A DNA stretch of 64,000 nt from Sulfurimonas sp. (GCA_027448805.1 DAIDMU010000121.1:7736-71735); one strand, 5' to 3'; shown: positions 41,148 through 51,428, numbered from the stretch's first letter. Translations and numbers: made by a program. Notes: generated from the letters alone by a model not told the origin.

Positions 41148-41737
41148 TTTTAGCTGCGCTTGGAGTTTTACTCGGCGGGTGTGCCACTAAAACCACAAAT
41201 ATTGATATAAACAACGACAAGGGCGAAGCGGTTATGGGTCTTGATTATAGAGATTTTCAAGCTGCTGCTCAAGACATGGTGGAGTCGCTCTTAGCCTCGG
41301 GTGCGGTTACCAAAAAGGACGGCGGACGATATGTTCTTGCAGTCTCACGGGTACTTAACGACACCATGCAGCACATAGATACGGACCAGTTGGTAAAAAA
41401 AATACGAGTAGGCCTGCTTCAAAGCGGTAAAGTTATAGTCACGACTGCTGTTGGTGCTGAGGGTGCAGAGGACAAAATGTCTATGCAGACAAGAAAAGAG
41501 CTTCGCGGCAATGAAGAGTTTAAACAAGAGAGCGTTGCAACAAAAGGCACCATGATTGCGCCGGATTTGAGCCTCTCAGGAAAAATTCTTCAACGAAATA
41601 TCCGCGTAGACAGTTCAACTCAAAGGGTTGAGTACTACTTTCAGATGACATTAACAGAGATAAAAACCGGTCTGGCATATTGGGAAGATGAGAGAATTAT
41701 AGGAAAACAAGGCAGTAATAAATCTGTTGCCTGGTAA
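41120..41737 (+). CDS. LpoB (YcfM)-family lipoprotein
   Basis: Lipobox LGGC, NDTMQHIDT, LSGKI, YYFQMTL..TGLAYW. Confidence 0.78.
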   Translation: MRQTIRWTIILAALGVLLGGCATKTTNIDINNDKGEAVMGLDYRDFQAAAQDMVESLLASGAVTKKDGGRYVLAVSRVLNDTMQHIDTDQLVKKIRVGLLQSGKVIVTTAVGAEGAEDKMSMQTRKELRGNEEFKQESVATKGTMIAPDLSLSGKILQRNIRVDSSTQRVEYYFQMTLTEIKTGLAYWEDERIIGKQGSNKSVAW

Positions 41738-41742
41738 TGTGA

Positions 41743-42750
41743 ATGCACAGAACAGCTTTTAAATTACTCTCTCTTGCATACGCTCTTTTTATCCTAAGCG
41801 GCTGTTCGCAAAAAGTCGCTATTCGCTCTCTTGAGCCGGCCGAGATAGACAGAGCCACTCTGACAAAAAAGGTGAGTGTTGCACCGTTTGAAAATGATTA
41901 TGACGGGCTCTCAAACAAGATAGAGACAAATCTAGTCAAACAAAAAATTGAGAATATAAACTATTTTACGGTTATAAGCAGAAAAGATTTTGACAAAATC
42001 ATAGCTGAGCAGAAGATACAAAACAGCGGTTTGGTAGATGTATCGACCGTTGTTGATGTCGGAAATCTGATCGGGGCTCAGGCGATAATATCGGGAAGAG
42101 TCGCAGAGGCCACATCAAAAGACACACACTTCTTGGAAGAGCGTACCAAATGCCAGGACAAAAAGTGCAAAGAGAGTGTTACTTATCTGGCGAGATGTAC
42201 AAAAAGAGCGGTCGGACTCTCTGCGGAGATACGCATGGTTGACATCTCAAGGGGCGATATAATTTATGCGGATACCATAAACAAGCTCTCTGAATTCAAG
42301 CAGTGCCAAGACAGTGCTAACGGACTTCCGGCTGTTGAAGCGGTTTTGCAGAGGTTGGCAAATAGCATAGCCGATGATTTTGTGTATAAATTGATGCCGC
42401 ATTATCGCAATTTTGAGGTTGTTTTGCTTGATGACCCAGATATTAAATACAGCAATCAAGAGGAGAAGCTTTTAGAGGCATCGCTTGAGTACATAAAGCA
42501 AAGCAGGTTTGAGAAGGCAGAGAAGCTTCTTGTAGATTTGATTGATTCTACGCGGCAAAAAAGTTACGTTCCTTTTTATAATCTAGGCGTTATAAAAGAG
42601 GCTCAGGGAGCATACGGCGAAGCGCAAAAATATTATAAAATGGCGGATGAGTTGGTGGTAGAACCTGTTGCTGAAGTAAGCACGGCATATGTCAGAATTC
42701 AGAGTTTGATTGAAAAAAGCAACAAAGCAAGAGAGCAGTTGTCAAAATAA
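41743..42750 (+). CDS. CsgG/HfaB-like lipoprotein with C-terminal TPR
   Basis: Lipobox LSGC, VISRKDFDKIIAEQ, GAQAIISG, YNLGVIKE. Confidence 0.7.
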   Translation: MHRTAFKLLSLAYALFILSGCSQKVAIRSLEPAEIDRATLTKKVSVAPFENDYDGLSNKIETNLVKQKIENINYFTVISRKDFDKIIAEQKIQNSGLVDVSTVVDVGNLIGAQAIISGRVAEATSKDTHFLEERTKCQDKKCKESVTYLARCTKRAVGLSAEIRMVDISRGDIIYADTINKLSEFKQCQDSANGLPAVEAVLQRLANSIADDFVYKLMPHYRNFEVVLLDDPDIKYSNQEEKLLEASLEYIKQSRFEKAEKLLVDLIDSTRQKSYVPFYNLGVIKEAQGAYGEAQKYYKMADELVVEPVAEVSTAYVRIQSLIEKSNKAREQLSK

Positions 42751-43766
42751 TGAAGAGAAGAATTAAAAAATTTTCAATACTATTTCTGCTTGCGGGCTTT
42801 ATATTTTTAGCAGGCTGTGCGGCGCAAAAAGAGGTTGAGGTAGCGCAAAAAAAACCTCTGCCATCTTGGTACGTTAATCCTCCTCAAACAACAGCTTCAA
42901 CGCTTTATGCCATAGGCGATGGCGAAGACAGGGACGAGGCTGTAAAAAATGCGCTAAATATGATGGCTTCAACGCTTAGCGTCTCAATCTCATCGCAATT
43001 TGATTCCCAAAAAGTTGTGCAGGAGGGTTTGCTCAACACCCATCAATCAACAGTTCTAAGCAAGACGCAAAGCGATGTTAAAAAAATCCGCATAAGCAAT
43101 TACGAGCTGATAGAGTCTCAAAAACTCGGCTTTAAAAATCATATTGTTTTAATTAAATCAGATAAGCAGAAGCTTTTTTTGAGCCTAAAAAACGAGCTGG
43201 AGCAGAAGTTTGGACTCATAGACGCCCAGATGAAGTCGCTCTCTCTCCATCATGCGTTAGAGCAGTTAAATATCTACAAAAAAGCAAAAGATGAGATTAA
43301 GAACGTGCCGGACACCCTTGTTGTTATGAACGTTTTGGAGAGCTCATATGACGGCAAAGAGCATCTTCAAAAGATAGATATTTTAAACAGCAGCTATGAG
43401 AAGTTGGCATCAAGCATAACCGTTGCAATCATATGCGACGCCGAATCGAAAAACTTGGAGGCCCCTATAAGAGAGGGATTTAACTCTAAAGGAGTGCAGG
43501 TTGGAGACGGCAGCGGCAATACGCACTTTAACATTGTAGTAAAATCAAATATTCAAAAAGCCTCTTCGTACGGGTTCACGCTTGCACGTTCTGCAATAGA
43601 GATTAGCATAAAAGATTCAAAAGGTTTGGTAGTAGCCAGCAACAAGCTAAATATAGTAGGACAGTCAACTCAAGGGTACGAAGTGGCCAAAGAGAGCGTT
43701 GCTGTGAAACTGGATGATATGATAAAAAAAGAGGGGATAGGTAAAATCATAGGATTTGATTTATAG
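42750..43766 (+). CDS. LPP20-like lipoprotein
   Basis: Lipobox LAGC, PSWY, YAIGDG..AVKNAL. Confidence 0.7.
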   Translation: MKRRIKKFSILFLLAGFIFLAGCAAQKEVEVAQKKPLPSWYVNPPQTTASTLYAIGDGEDRDEAVKNALNMMASTLSVSISSQFDSQKVVQEGLLNTHQSTVLSKTQSDVKKIRISNYELIESQKLGFKNHIVLIKSDKQKLFLSLKNELEQKFGLIDAQMKSLSLHHALEQLNIYKKAKDEIKNVPDTLVVMNVLESSYDGKEHLQKIDILNSSYEKLASSITVAIICDAESKNLEAPIREGFNSKGVQVGDGSGNTHFNIVVKSNIQKASSYGFTLARSAIEISIKDSKGLVVASNKLNIVGQSTQGYEVAKESVAVKLDDMIKKEGIGKIIGFDL

Positions 43767-43853
43767 CTTTTACTATGAAGTTTTTCACCAATCATTAACC
43801 CCGTTTTGTTATACTCTATCAGCAAAAATATCAATTTATAAATAAGGCAGTTA

Positions 43854-44801
43854 ATGATTTCCAAAATAGAGTTGATTAAAAAAGAGGTTAGCAAAGTAGT
43901 TGTGGGGCAGGAGAAGATGATTGACTCTCTTCTTATCGCTCTTTTTTGTGATGGACATATCCTGATAGAGGGTGTTCCGGGGCTTGCAAAGACTACAACG
44001 GTTAACGCACTGGCTAAAAGTTTGGGAGTTGACTTTAAACGCGCCCAATTTACCCCCGACCTTCTCCCCTCAGACATTTTGGGCGCTGAGATATATGACC
44101 CTAAAAACAACAGTTTTAAGATAAAAAAAGGTCCTATTTTTACAAATCTTCTCTTGGCGGATGAGATTAACCGCGCTCCGGCAAAGGTTCAGTCTGCTCT
44201 GCTTGAGGTTATGCAGGAGAAGCAGGTAACGCTTGGCGATACCACTTTTAAATTGGAACCTCCGTTTTTTGTAATGGCTACTCAAAACCCTGTTGAGCAG
44301 GAGGGCGTTTACCAGCTTCCTGAGGCTCAGTTAGATAGATTTATGCTAAAACTCATCGTAAACTACAACACAAAAAGTGAAGAGCTAGAGATCGCAAGAA
44401 GAGTTTCAAGCGGAAACTTTGAAGCTATATCCGCGGTAGTTACAAAGGATGATATAAACGAGATAAAAGAGGCGATAAAAAATGTACATGTAGATGAAGA
44501 GGTTCAAGAGTACATGATAGATTTGGTAAATGCAACTAGAAATCCTGCTGATTATGGACTTGAGAGCATTAAAGACTATATCCAGTTTGGAGCATCGCCT
44601 CGTGTCAGCATTGATATGTTTAAAGCGGTAAAAGCGATGGCGTTTATGCGACAAAAAGATTTTGTAACACCTGTTGACGTAGCGTACATTGCAAAAGAGC
44701 TTATGCGCCACCGTATTGTTTTAACCTATGAGGCTGAGGCGGAGGGTATTACAACGGACGAGATTATAGAAAAAGTGCTCCAAGCCGTAGCAATACCGTA
44801 G
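43854..44801 (+). CDS. moxR: MoxR-family AAA+ ATPase
   Basis: EGVPGLAKT, QFTPDLLPSD, DEINRA, LPEAQLDRF. Confidence 0.95.
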   Translation: MISKIELIKKEVSKVVVGQEKMIDSLLIALFCDGHILIEGVPGLAKTTTVNALAKSLGVDFKRAQFTPDLLPSDILGAEIYDPKNNSFKIKKGPIFTNLLLADEINRAPAKVQSALLEVMQEKQVTLGDTTFKLEPPFFVMATQNPVEQEGVYQLPEAQLDRFMLKLIVNYNTKSEELEIARRVSSGNFEAISAVVTKDDINEIKEAIKNVHVDEEVQEYMIDLVNATRNPADYGLESIKDYIQFGASPRVSIDMFKAVKAMAFMRQKDFVTPVDVAYIAKELMRHRIVLTYEAEAEGITTDEIIEKVLQAVAIP

Positions 44802-44816
44802 ATTTGGAATAGAGTT

Positions 44817-45647
44817 ATGAGCAAGCTGCAAAAAATCTTAGTTCGCGCAAGGCGCCAAGTCTTTAGCGAAATGGTCGGGAACAATCCATCCGTCTTTCAA
44901 GGCGAGGGGTATGACTTCATCGAGCTTCGGGAGTATATGCCCGGTGATGATATCCGCCATATAGACTGGAATATTACCGCGAAGATGCAGCGTCCTTTTA
45001 TTAAGATATTTCGTGAAGAGAGAGAGCTGAATGTTGTTATTGTTTCAGTCTTAAACGGAAGCGTGCACTTTGGCTCTAAAAAATTCAAACAAGAGACCAT
45101 CGCCGAAGTTGCGGCTCTTCTTGGATTTTCTACCCTTAAAAACGGGGATTTGCTAAGCTCGTACATCTTTACGGATGAGATTGTTTCATACACAAAACCT
45201 GGTAAAAAACTGCACCAAATCCATAGAAGCGTCGAAGATATTTTAAATTTTGACGCCATAAATAAAAAAGTTGATTTCAAAGTTATCGCCGATACGCTTT
45301 TTAAGAGATTAAAGAGAAAATCGCTTATTTTAATCATAGGCGACTATTTTGAGATACCTGACTTTAGGCTTTTGGCCAGAAAACATGAGGTGCTCTCTGT
45401 CATAGTAAGAGACCGACTTGAAGAGCATCCGCCCCAGATGGGATTTGCATCTTTGGTTGACCCTGAGAGCGGAGCGGTTTTGGAGGGCGATTTTAACGCT
45501 TTAAGCGTGAGAGCCTACTCCCAGAGAGTCGCTGCGCATGACCATAAACTTTTTGACACGCTAAGACGTGATAGCATAAGATTTACAAAAATATATACCG
45601 ACAGTCATGAGGGCGTAGAGCTTCGCAGACTTTTTGAGGGCAGATAA
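44817..45647 (+). CDS. DUF58 protein
   Basis: REYMPGDDIRHIDWN. Confidence 0.92.
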   Translation: MSKLQKILVRARRQVFSEMVGNNPSVFQGEGYDFIELREYMPGDDIRHIDWNITAKMQRPFIKIFREERELNVVIVSVLNGSVHFGSKKFKQETIAEVAALLGFSTLKNGDLLSSYIFTDEIVSYTKPGKKLHQIHRSVEDILNFDAINKKVDFKVIADTLFKRLKRKSLILIIGDYFEIPDFRLLARKHEVLSVIVRDRLEEHPPQMGFASLVDPESGAVLEGDFNALSVRAYSQRVAAHDHKLFDTLRRDSIRFTKIYTDSHEGVELRRLFEGR

Positions 45648-46054
45648 TGGCACAAGAGCAGAGTTACGATATTCCGCTTCATGATATTAAGCTGATTGTT
45701 GAGGTGCAGGAGTATTCGCTTTACTATTTTTTAGGCGCAACTCTTCTTGCTCTTATTTTGGTTTTGGGAGCAGTTTATACTATCTACATCTTGCTTCAAA
45801 AACGAAAAAGGTTTAATGTTCGAAAAGAGCATTTTAGGCTTCTTGACTCGCTAGATTTAAGCGATGCCAAACGCTCTGCCTACGACATCACTCTCTACGG
45901 TGCCACATTTAAAAATGACAGTCCGAGGCATCAAGAGATGTATGAGAATCTTATAAGCAGGCTTGAGATTTACAAATACAAAAAAAATGTGGATGCGTTT
46001 GATGGCGAAATCATCGGGTATATAGAACTTTACAAAGGTATGATTGATGTTTGA
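45647..46054 (+). CDS. single-TM Bat-operon accessory protein (DUF4381-like)
   Basis: LHDIK motif followed by a TM helix; position between DUF58 and batA. Confidence 0.65.
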   Translation: MAQEQSYDIPLHDIKLIVEVQEYSLYYFLGATLLALILVLGAVYTIYILLQKRKRFNVRKEHFRLLDSLDLSDAKRSAYDITLYGATFKNDSPRHQEMYENLISRLEIYKYKKNVDAFDGEIIGYIELYKGMIDV

Positions 46055-46976
46055 CGGACTTTATTTTGAGTTCCCAAATCTAATCTTTCTTATTTTTCTT
46101 TTTCTTGTCTGCGCTATGTTTTGCAAGATGAGACTTACCTCTATCTATTTTCCGCACACGGCAGAGTTTTTGAAAAACTCTATATCAGCTTCAAAAACAC
46201 TTTTTTTTCTAAAATGGCTCGGGATTGTTATGCTGATTTTGGCGCTTATGTCGCCGATAAAAGATGAGCCTTATGAGTTGGAGCCAAAAGACGGATATGA
46301 AATAGCCCTGATTTTGGATGCTTCGGAGTCTATGAAAGCAGAAGGATTTGACAGAAATAACGGACAGCTTACACGTTTTGACGTTGTAAAAGAGATAGTC
46401 GGTGATTTTATCTCGCAGAGGAAAAATGACAACATGGGTCTGGTCGTATTTGGAGCCTATTCGTTTATAGCTTCGCCGCTGACCTATGATGAAAATATTT
46501 TAAATAAAATTCTCTCGCAGCTCTATATAGGAATCGCCGGACAATATACGGCACTAAACACCTCCTTGGCTCAAGGCGTAAATCTTTTTAATAAAAGCAA
46601 ATCAAAAACTAAAATAGCGATTTTGCTCACAGACGGATACAGCACGCCGCAGATAGATAAAATTCCACTTGAAATTGCTCTGGAGATGGCAAAAAAAGAG
46701 GGTGTCAAGGTCTATCCGATAGGAATAGGCATGCCCGATGAGTACAATCAGGATGTGCTGCTGCGCATTGCAAACGAGAGCGGAGGGGTTGCTTTTGGAG
46801 CATCAAGCGCCGCAGAGCTTCAGGAGGTCTATAAAAAGATTGATGAGCTGGAGAAGTCTGAGATAAAGAGAGAGAGTTTTACGCACACAAAATATTACTA
46901 TCAGTTCCCGCTCTCTATTGCGCTTATCTCTTTGATGCTCTACATCTATCTTAGAAACAAAAGAGGGTACGCATGA
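46044..46976 (+). CDS. BatA-like vWA protein (set 2)
   Basis: ALMSP, DASESM, ASPLT, LLTDG. Confidence 0.88.
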   Translation: MMFDGLYFEFPNLIFLIFLFLVCAMFCKMRLTSIYFPHTAEFLKNSISASKTLFFLKWLGIVMLILALMSPIKDEPYELEPKDGYEIALILDASESMKAEGFDRNNGQLTRFDVVKEIVGDFISQRKNDNMGLVVFGAYSFIASPLTYDENILNKILSQLYIGIAGQYTALNTSLAQGVNLFNKSKSKTKIAILLTDGYSTPQIDKIPLEIALEMAKKEGVKVYPIGIGMPDEYNQDVLLRIANESGGVAFGASSAAELQEVYKKIDELEKSEIKRESFTHTKYYYQFPLSIALISLMLYIYLRNKRGYA

Positions 46977-48724
46977 CCTTTTTGCACCCTGAATTTCTCT
47001 ACTACATGCTGCCTCCGCTCTTTATTCTCTTTGGGCTTCTGCTTACACAAAAAGAGGCGCATGCAGACTTTTTTAGTCAAGATGTTATGGAAAAACTTCG
47101 CGTAAATGCAAACACATTGACGCTTCAAGCCAGAAATTCGCTCTTTTTCCTTATGGCATTTTTTATGATAATTGCTCTTGCGCAGCCTGTTATAAAAGAC
47201 GGCAAGGTTGAGATAAAAGCAAAAAGTGCAGATATTATGATTGCGCTTGATATATCCGACTCGATGCTCGCAGCAGATGTCTATCCAAACCGTTTAGAGT
47301 CAGCAAAAGAGAAGGTGCTTACACTTTTAGAGGATGCGCCAAATGAGCGTATAGGCATTGTGGCATTTGCCAAGAACTCATATCTTGTCTCGCCTCTTAG
47401 TTTTGATACGGCATCGGTCGCATTTTTGCTTAGGGGGCTTGATACCTCTTCCATCACCGAAAAGGGGACCGACTTTTTATCGATTCTTGAAGTTGTGAGT
47501 AAAACTCAAAAGAGCCAAGAGAAGAAGATTGTTCTCATCTTAAGCGACGGCGGGGATAAAGATGATTTTAAAGAGGAGATAGAGCTTGCAAAAAAGAACG
47601 GCATTACTGTTTTTGTCTTGGGAGTTGCAACTAAACAGGGTGCGCCTATAAAGCTTCAAGACGGAACTTTTATAAAGCATAACGGCGAGATAATCATCTC
47701 AAAACTAAACGAAAAGATAGCAGATTTGGCAATAAAAACAGGTGGCGTTTACATAGAAAATACGACATCATCAAATGATATAAAAACAATGCTCAAAGAG
47801 ATAATGAGCAAGAGTGAGGAGAAGGAGCTCAAAAGTCAGGAGATAGAAAAAAACAGACCTCTTTTTTACTATCCGCTTGGTATGGCACTTTTGATTCTGC
47901 TTATCGCGACAAGCTCATTTTATAAAAAATCACGTGCTGCCGCGCCATCAATCTTTATCTTCTTTTATCTTCTTTTTTCAAATCAACATGCAGAAGCCGG
48001 AATTTTGGATTTTATTGCCTTAAAAAAGGCAAAAGAGGCTTATGAAAATGGCAGGTTTGAAGAGTCCGCAAAACTTTATGAAAGCTATGCGAATGAGAGC
48101 AAAAACGGCGAAAGTTACTACAATGCCGCAAACGCATACTACAAACAAAAAAAGTACAAAGAGGCGATAGAGTCTTACAAAAAAGCAACTTTTGAAGATG
48201 AAGATAAAAGAGCAAAAAACTTCTCAAATCTGGGAAACGCCTATGCTAAAGATGGCGATTTGCAAAAAGCGATAGGGTCTTACGAGGAGTCTTTGAAAAT
48301 CAAAGAGGACAAAGAGACGAGAGAAAATCTCCAAGAAGTAGAGAAGCTTCTTAAAAAGCAAGAACAAGAGCCTGACAAAAAGAGTAATCAGGATGAGAAA
48401 AAAGAAGAGCCAAAAGATAGCCAACAAAATAAATCTGATAAAAACAGAGAGAAAAACCAAGAAAAAGAAGATAAAAACAAGAGCCAAGATGAGAAAAAGT
48501 CTGACAAAGAGAAAAAAAGCGATGAGACAAAAAACGAGGATAAAACAAAAAAAGATGAAAAAAACTCATCTTCTCAGACAAAAGGGTTAAACAAAGAGAA
48601 TATTATGAGCGATGCAGAAGAACAGAAGTGGATGGAGCAGCTAAATATGAACTCAAAAAGTTACATGTACAAAATAAACGACAAAGAGAGCAGCAGCATA
48701 AGCAAAGATGAGAAACCATGGTAG
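46973..48724 (+). CDS. BatB/BatC-like vWA-TPR protein (set 2)
   Basis: ALAQP, DISDSM, TPRs, K/E/Q-rich tail, C-terminal EKPW. Confidence 0.88.
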   Translation: MTFLHPEFLYYMLPPLFILFGLLLTQKEAHADFFSQDVMEKLRVNANTLTLQARNSLFFLMAFFMIIALAQPVIKDGKVEIKAKSADIMIALDISDSMLAADVYPNRLESAKEKVLTLLEDAPNERIGIVAFAKNSYLVSPLSFDTASVAFLLRGLDTSSITEKGTDFLSILEVVSKTQKSQEKKIVLILSDGGDKDDFKEEIELAKKNGITVFVLGVATKQGAPIKLQDGTFIKHNGEIIISKLNEKIADLAIKTGGVYIENTTSSNDIKTMLKEIMSKSEEKELKSQEIEKNRPLFYYPLGMALLILLIATSSFYKKSRAAAPSIFIFFYLLFSNQHAEAGILDFIALKKAKEAYENGRFEESAKLYESYANESKNGESYYNAANAYYKQKKYKEAIESYKKATFEDEDKRAKNFSNLGNAYAKDGDLQKAIGSYEESLKIKEDKETRENLQEVEKLLKKQEQEPDKKSNQDEKKEEPKDSQQNKSDKNREKNQEKEDKNKSQDEKKSDKEKKSDETKNEDKTKKDEKNSSSQTKGLNKENIMSDAEEQKWMEQLNMNSKSYMYKINDKESSSISKDEKPW

Positions 48725-48746
48725 AAAATAAGTCAAAGGAAAAGAA

Positions 48747-50171
48747 TTGAACAATATTATAAAATTACTGTTTTTATTACTAGTTGCATCACATTCACTT
48801 TTTGGAGCACTCACGGCTACGGTCGATTCAAAAACGATAGAGCTCGGAGATATGGTTACATACTCTTTGAACATATCAGGAGAGAAGATAAAAAGACCAA
48901 ATATACAGAGGCTGTGTAACAGCGATGTAGTCTCTACCAGTTCCCAAACAAGTATGCAGATTATAAATGGAAATACCAGCAAGAGTTATACCCTGAGTTA
49001 TAAATTCATACCGCAAAAGAGCTGTAAAATTGAGAGAGTTGAAGTTGAGATTGACGGTAAAATAGAAACCAGCAGTGAGATAGAGATAGAAGTAAAACCA
49101 GTAAGCGGAGCAAAAGATTTAGATTTTGAACTGACACTTAGCAGTGATAAAAAAGAGCTTTATGTCGGCGAAACGTTTGATGTAACACTGACATTTAAGC
49201 AAAAAAACGATGTTAGTGCCGTAGACAGCGAATTTACCCCTCCGGAGCTAAAAGGTCTTTGGGTTAGAAAAGAGTCAGAACCTAAGAGATATCAGGATGA
49301 TAAACATACGGTTACAAAGGTGGTTTACAGAGTAGCACCGCAAAGAGCAGGTGCGCTGAAAATAACAAAAGCACAGATGAGAGTGGCTTCAAGAAACAGC
49401 AGGGAAAATAGCTGGGGAGCTTGGATTCCAACATTAAAATGGAAAACATATTTTTCAAACGAGTTGAATTTAGATGTAAAGCCGCTTCCCTCCGGAGTTG
49501 ATTTGGTTGGAAACTTTACAATAAATACAACTCTCCAAAAGAGAGAGATAAAAGCAAATGAAGCCCTAAATGTTATAGTAGAAGTGCAGGGAGAGGGAAA
49601 TTTAGAGGATGTAAAAAGCTTTAAACAAAATGTGGACGGAGCGGCTGTTTTTGACGAAAAAAGAGTGATTAGTGGCACGAAACTGACTCAAAAGATAGCT
49701 TTTGTAGCAGAGAGAGATTTTGTTGTTCCGGCTTTTAGCCTAAGCTATTTTGATACGAGAACAAAAGAGATAAAAACAATCTCAACAAAAGAGATTCCTG
49801 TAAAAGTAAAAAACGGCAAAGTTACGGAAGAGCTGGTTCTTAAAAAAAACAGTATTGATGAGAGTGCTGAAATAAAAACAAAAAGCAGTGATGAGTATGA
49901 TAAATTAAATTATATTTTAATTTTTGTTTTCGGTCTGATTATCGGCATTTTAGCGATGTTTTTTAAAGAAAAAATAAAATTTAAAAACAGTAAAAAGAGT
50001 GATTTTGCAAATGATCAAAAAACTCTATTGATGAAACTTCTTCCGTATAAAGATGACTTGGAAGTAAAGGAGACAATCGAGATTTTGGAGGGTAAAATAT
50101 ACTCAAATCTAGAGATAAATTTAGATAAAAAAGTTTTAAGAAAAATAAAAAATAGGTACAAAATAGATTAG
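48747..50171 (+). CDS. BatD-like protein (set 2)
   Basis: ATVD, SQTSMQIING, LYVGE, GEGN motifs; C-terminal TM. Confidence 0.8.
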   Translation: MNNIIKLLFLLLVASHSLFGALTATVDSKTIELGDMVTYSLNISGEKIKRPNIQRLCNSDVVSTSSQTSMQIINGNTSKSYTLSYKFIPQKSCKIERVEVEIDGKIETSSEIEIEVKPVSGAKDLDFELTLSSDKKELYVGETFDVTLTFKQKNDVSAVDSEFTPPELKGLWVRKESEPKRYQDDKHTVTKVVYRVAPQRAGALKITKAQMRVASRNSRENSWGAWIPTLKWKTYFSNELNLDVKPLPSGVDLVGNFTINTTLQKREIKANEALNVIVEVQGEGNLEDVKSFKQNVDGAAVFDEKRVISGTKLTQKIAFVAERDFVVPAFSLSYFDTRTKEIKTISTKEIPVKVKNGKVTEELVLKKNSIDESAEIKTKSSDEYDKLNYILIFVFGLIIGILAMFFKEKIKFKNSKKSDFANDQKTLLMKLLPYKDDLEVKETIEILEGKIYSNLEINLDKKVLRKIKNRYKID

Positions 50172-50323
50172 AAAAAATTATATACATTGATATATTTGTT
50201 TTATAAGGTTATCAAATGCAAAATTAATTTACAAATTTATTTTTGTTTAAGATTATGAGCATATAATTCCACTCGTTAATAATAACAACAAAATTAAGTT
50301 GTTAATTATATTGAGGAGAAAAC

Positions 50324-50527
50324 ATGAAAAAGTTAATCGGTGGTTTAGTAGTTGTATCAGCACTATTTTTAGGTTGTGATAAAAAAGCAGAAGAGGCTCC
50401 AGTAGAAACTGCAGCTCCAGTAGAAACTCCAGCTCCAGTTGCAGCTCCAGTAGAAACTCCAGCTCCGGTTGAAGCTCCAGTTGAAGCAAACGTAACAGCT
50501 GAGACTCCAGCTCCAGCAGCAAACTAA
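50324..50527 (+). CDS. small Ala/Pro/Glu-rich lipoprotein
   Basis: GAGGAG RBS, lipobox FLGC, APVET repeats, own terminator. Confidence 0.8.
   Translation: MKKLIGGLVVVSALFLGCDKKAEEAPVETAAPVETPAPVAAPVETPAPVEAPVEANVTAETPAPAAN
50396..50520 (+). repeat. coding tandem repeats (GCTCCAGTAGAAACT units)
   Basis: Exact copies at 50396, 50414 and 50444 plus degenerate GCTCCAG units. Confidence 0.8.
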
Positions 50528-50533
50528 TAACTT

Positions 50534-50562
50534 AAAGAGCAACACATTTTGTGTTGCTCTTT
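50534..50562. terminator. probably bidirectional intrinsic terminator
   Basis: AAAGAGCAACAC-ATTTT-GTGTTGCTCTTT between convergent genes. Confidence 0.8.
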
Positions 50563-50597
50563 CTTCTTGATACACAATTCAAAAATCTATTTTTAAT

Positions 50598-51428
50598 TTA
50601 ATCTAAAATATCGTGAAGCCTGTTTCCTGCTTCTATATTTTTGTGCACCTTCTCCCATTCGTCATCTTGAATATTCTTTTTAAGCACTTTTAACTCATCT
50701 TCAAAAAGCTCTATCGCCTCAAGCAGATTTGTTTTATTTTGTCTAAAAATATCTTCCCACATATTTGCAGAGCTCTTTGCCAGGCGGCTCATTGAACGAA
50801 ATCCGCCGGCTGCAAGAGCTAAGATGTTGTGTTTATTCTCTTGATGCATTACCGTGTTCGCAAGAGAGTATGAGATGGCATGAGGCATATGAGATATAAA
50901 AGCAGCATGGCGGTCATGTTGACTGGCAGACATAAAATGTTTTTTCATATTTAGAGCTTTAAATATCTTTTTAGCAACGCTTACCTGATGCTCTCCGCTA
51001 TTTTCTAAATCACATAAAACTACTACTTTGTCGTTGTACAGATTATCAACGGCAGCACGCGGTCCAAAATTTTCTGTTCCAGTCATCGGATGGGCTGCAA
51101 CAAAGTTTTTTCGTATCTGGGGAGGAACGGAAGCCACTATTTTTGCTTTTGTGCTTCCAAGGTCTATAATTGTTGTATCCTCTTTTATATCAACAAGGCT
51201 ATTGAGCGCAGAAATAACACCATCAACGGGGATTGCTAAAAAAATAACATCATAATTTTTAACTTCGTCAAATTTTACTATCTTGTCAACCAAACCAAGC
51301 TCAATAGCCTCCTTCTGATGAGTCTCATTGTGGTCACTTCCGACAACGCTATCTATAAAATTTAATTTTTTTAAACTTATGGCAAGTGAACCTCCCATAA
51401 GACCTAACCCTATTATTGCTACATTCAT
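50598..51428 (-). CDS. tyrA: prephenate dehydrogenase
   Basis: GLGLMGGS, DLGSTK, HPMTGTE, HDRHAAFISHMPH. Confidence 0.94.
   Translation of the reverse strand: MNVAIIGLGLMGGSLAISLKKLNFIDSVVGSDHNETHQKEAIELGLVDKIVKFDEVKNYDVIFLAIPVDGVISALNSLVDIKEDTTIIDLGSTKAKIVASVPPQIRKNFVAAHPMTGTENFGPRAAVDNLYNDKVVVLCDLENSGEHQVSVAKKIFKALNMKKHFMSASQHDRHAAFISHMPHAISYSLANTVMHQENKHNILALAAGGFRSMSRLAKSSANMWEDIFRQNKTNLLEAIELFEDELKVLKKNIQDDEWEKVHKNIEAGNRLHDILD

Noticed and set aside
48350-48600. A-rich low-complexity tract
   Set aside because: Encodes the K/E/Q/D-rich tail normal for BatC-type proteins.
50396-50520. Short direct repeats as a possible CRISPR array
   Set aside because: In-frame coding repeats, no unique spacers, no cas genes; no CRISPR array seen anywhere in the window.
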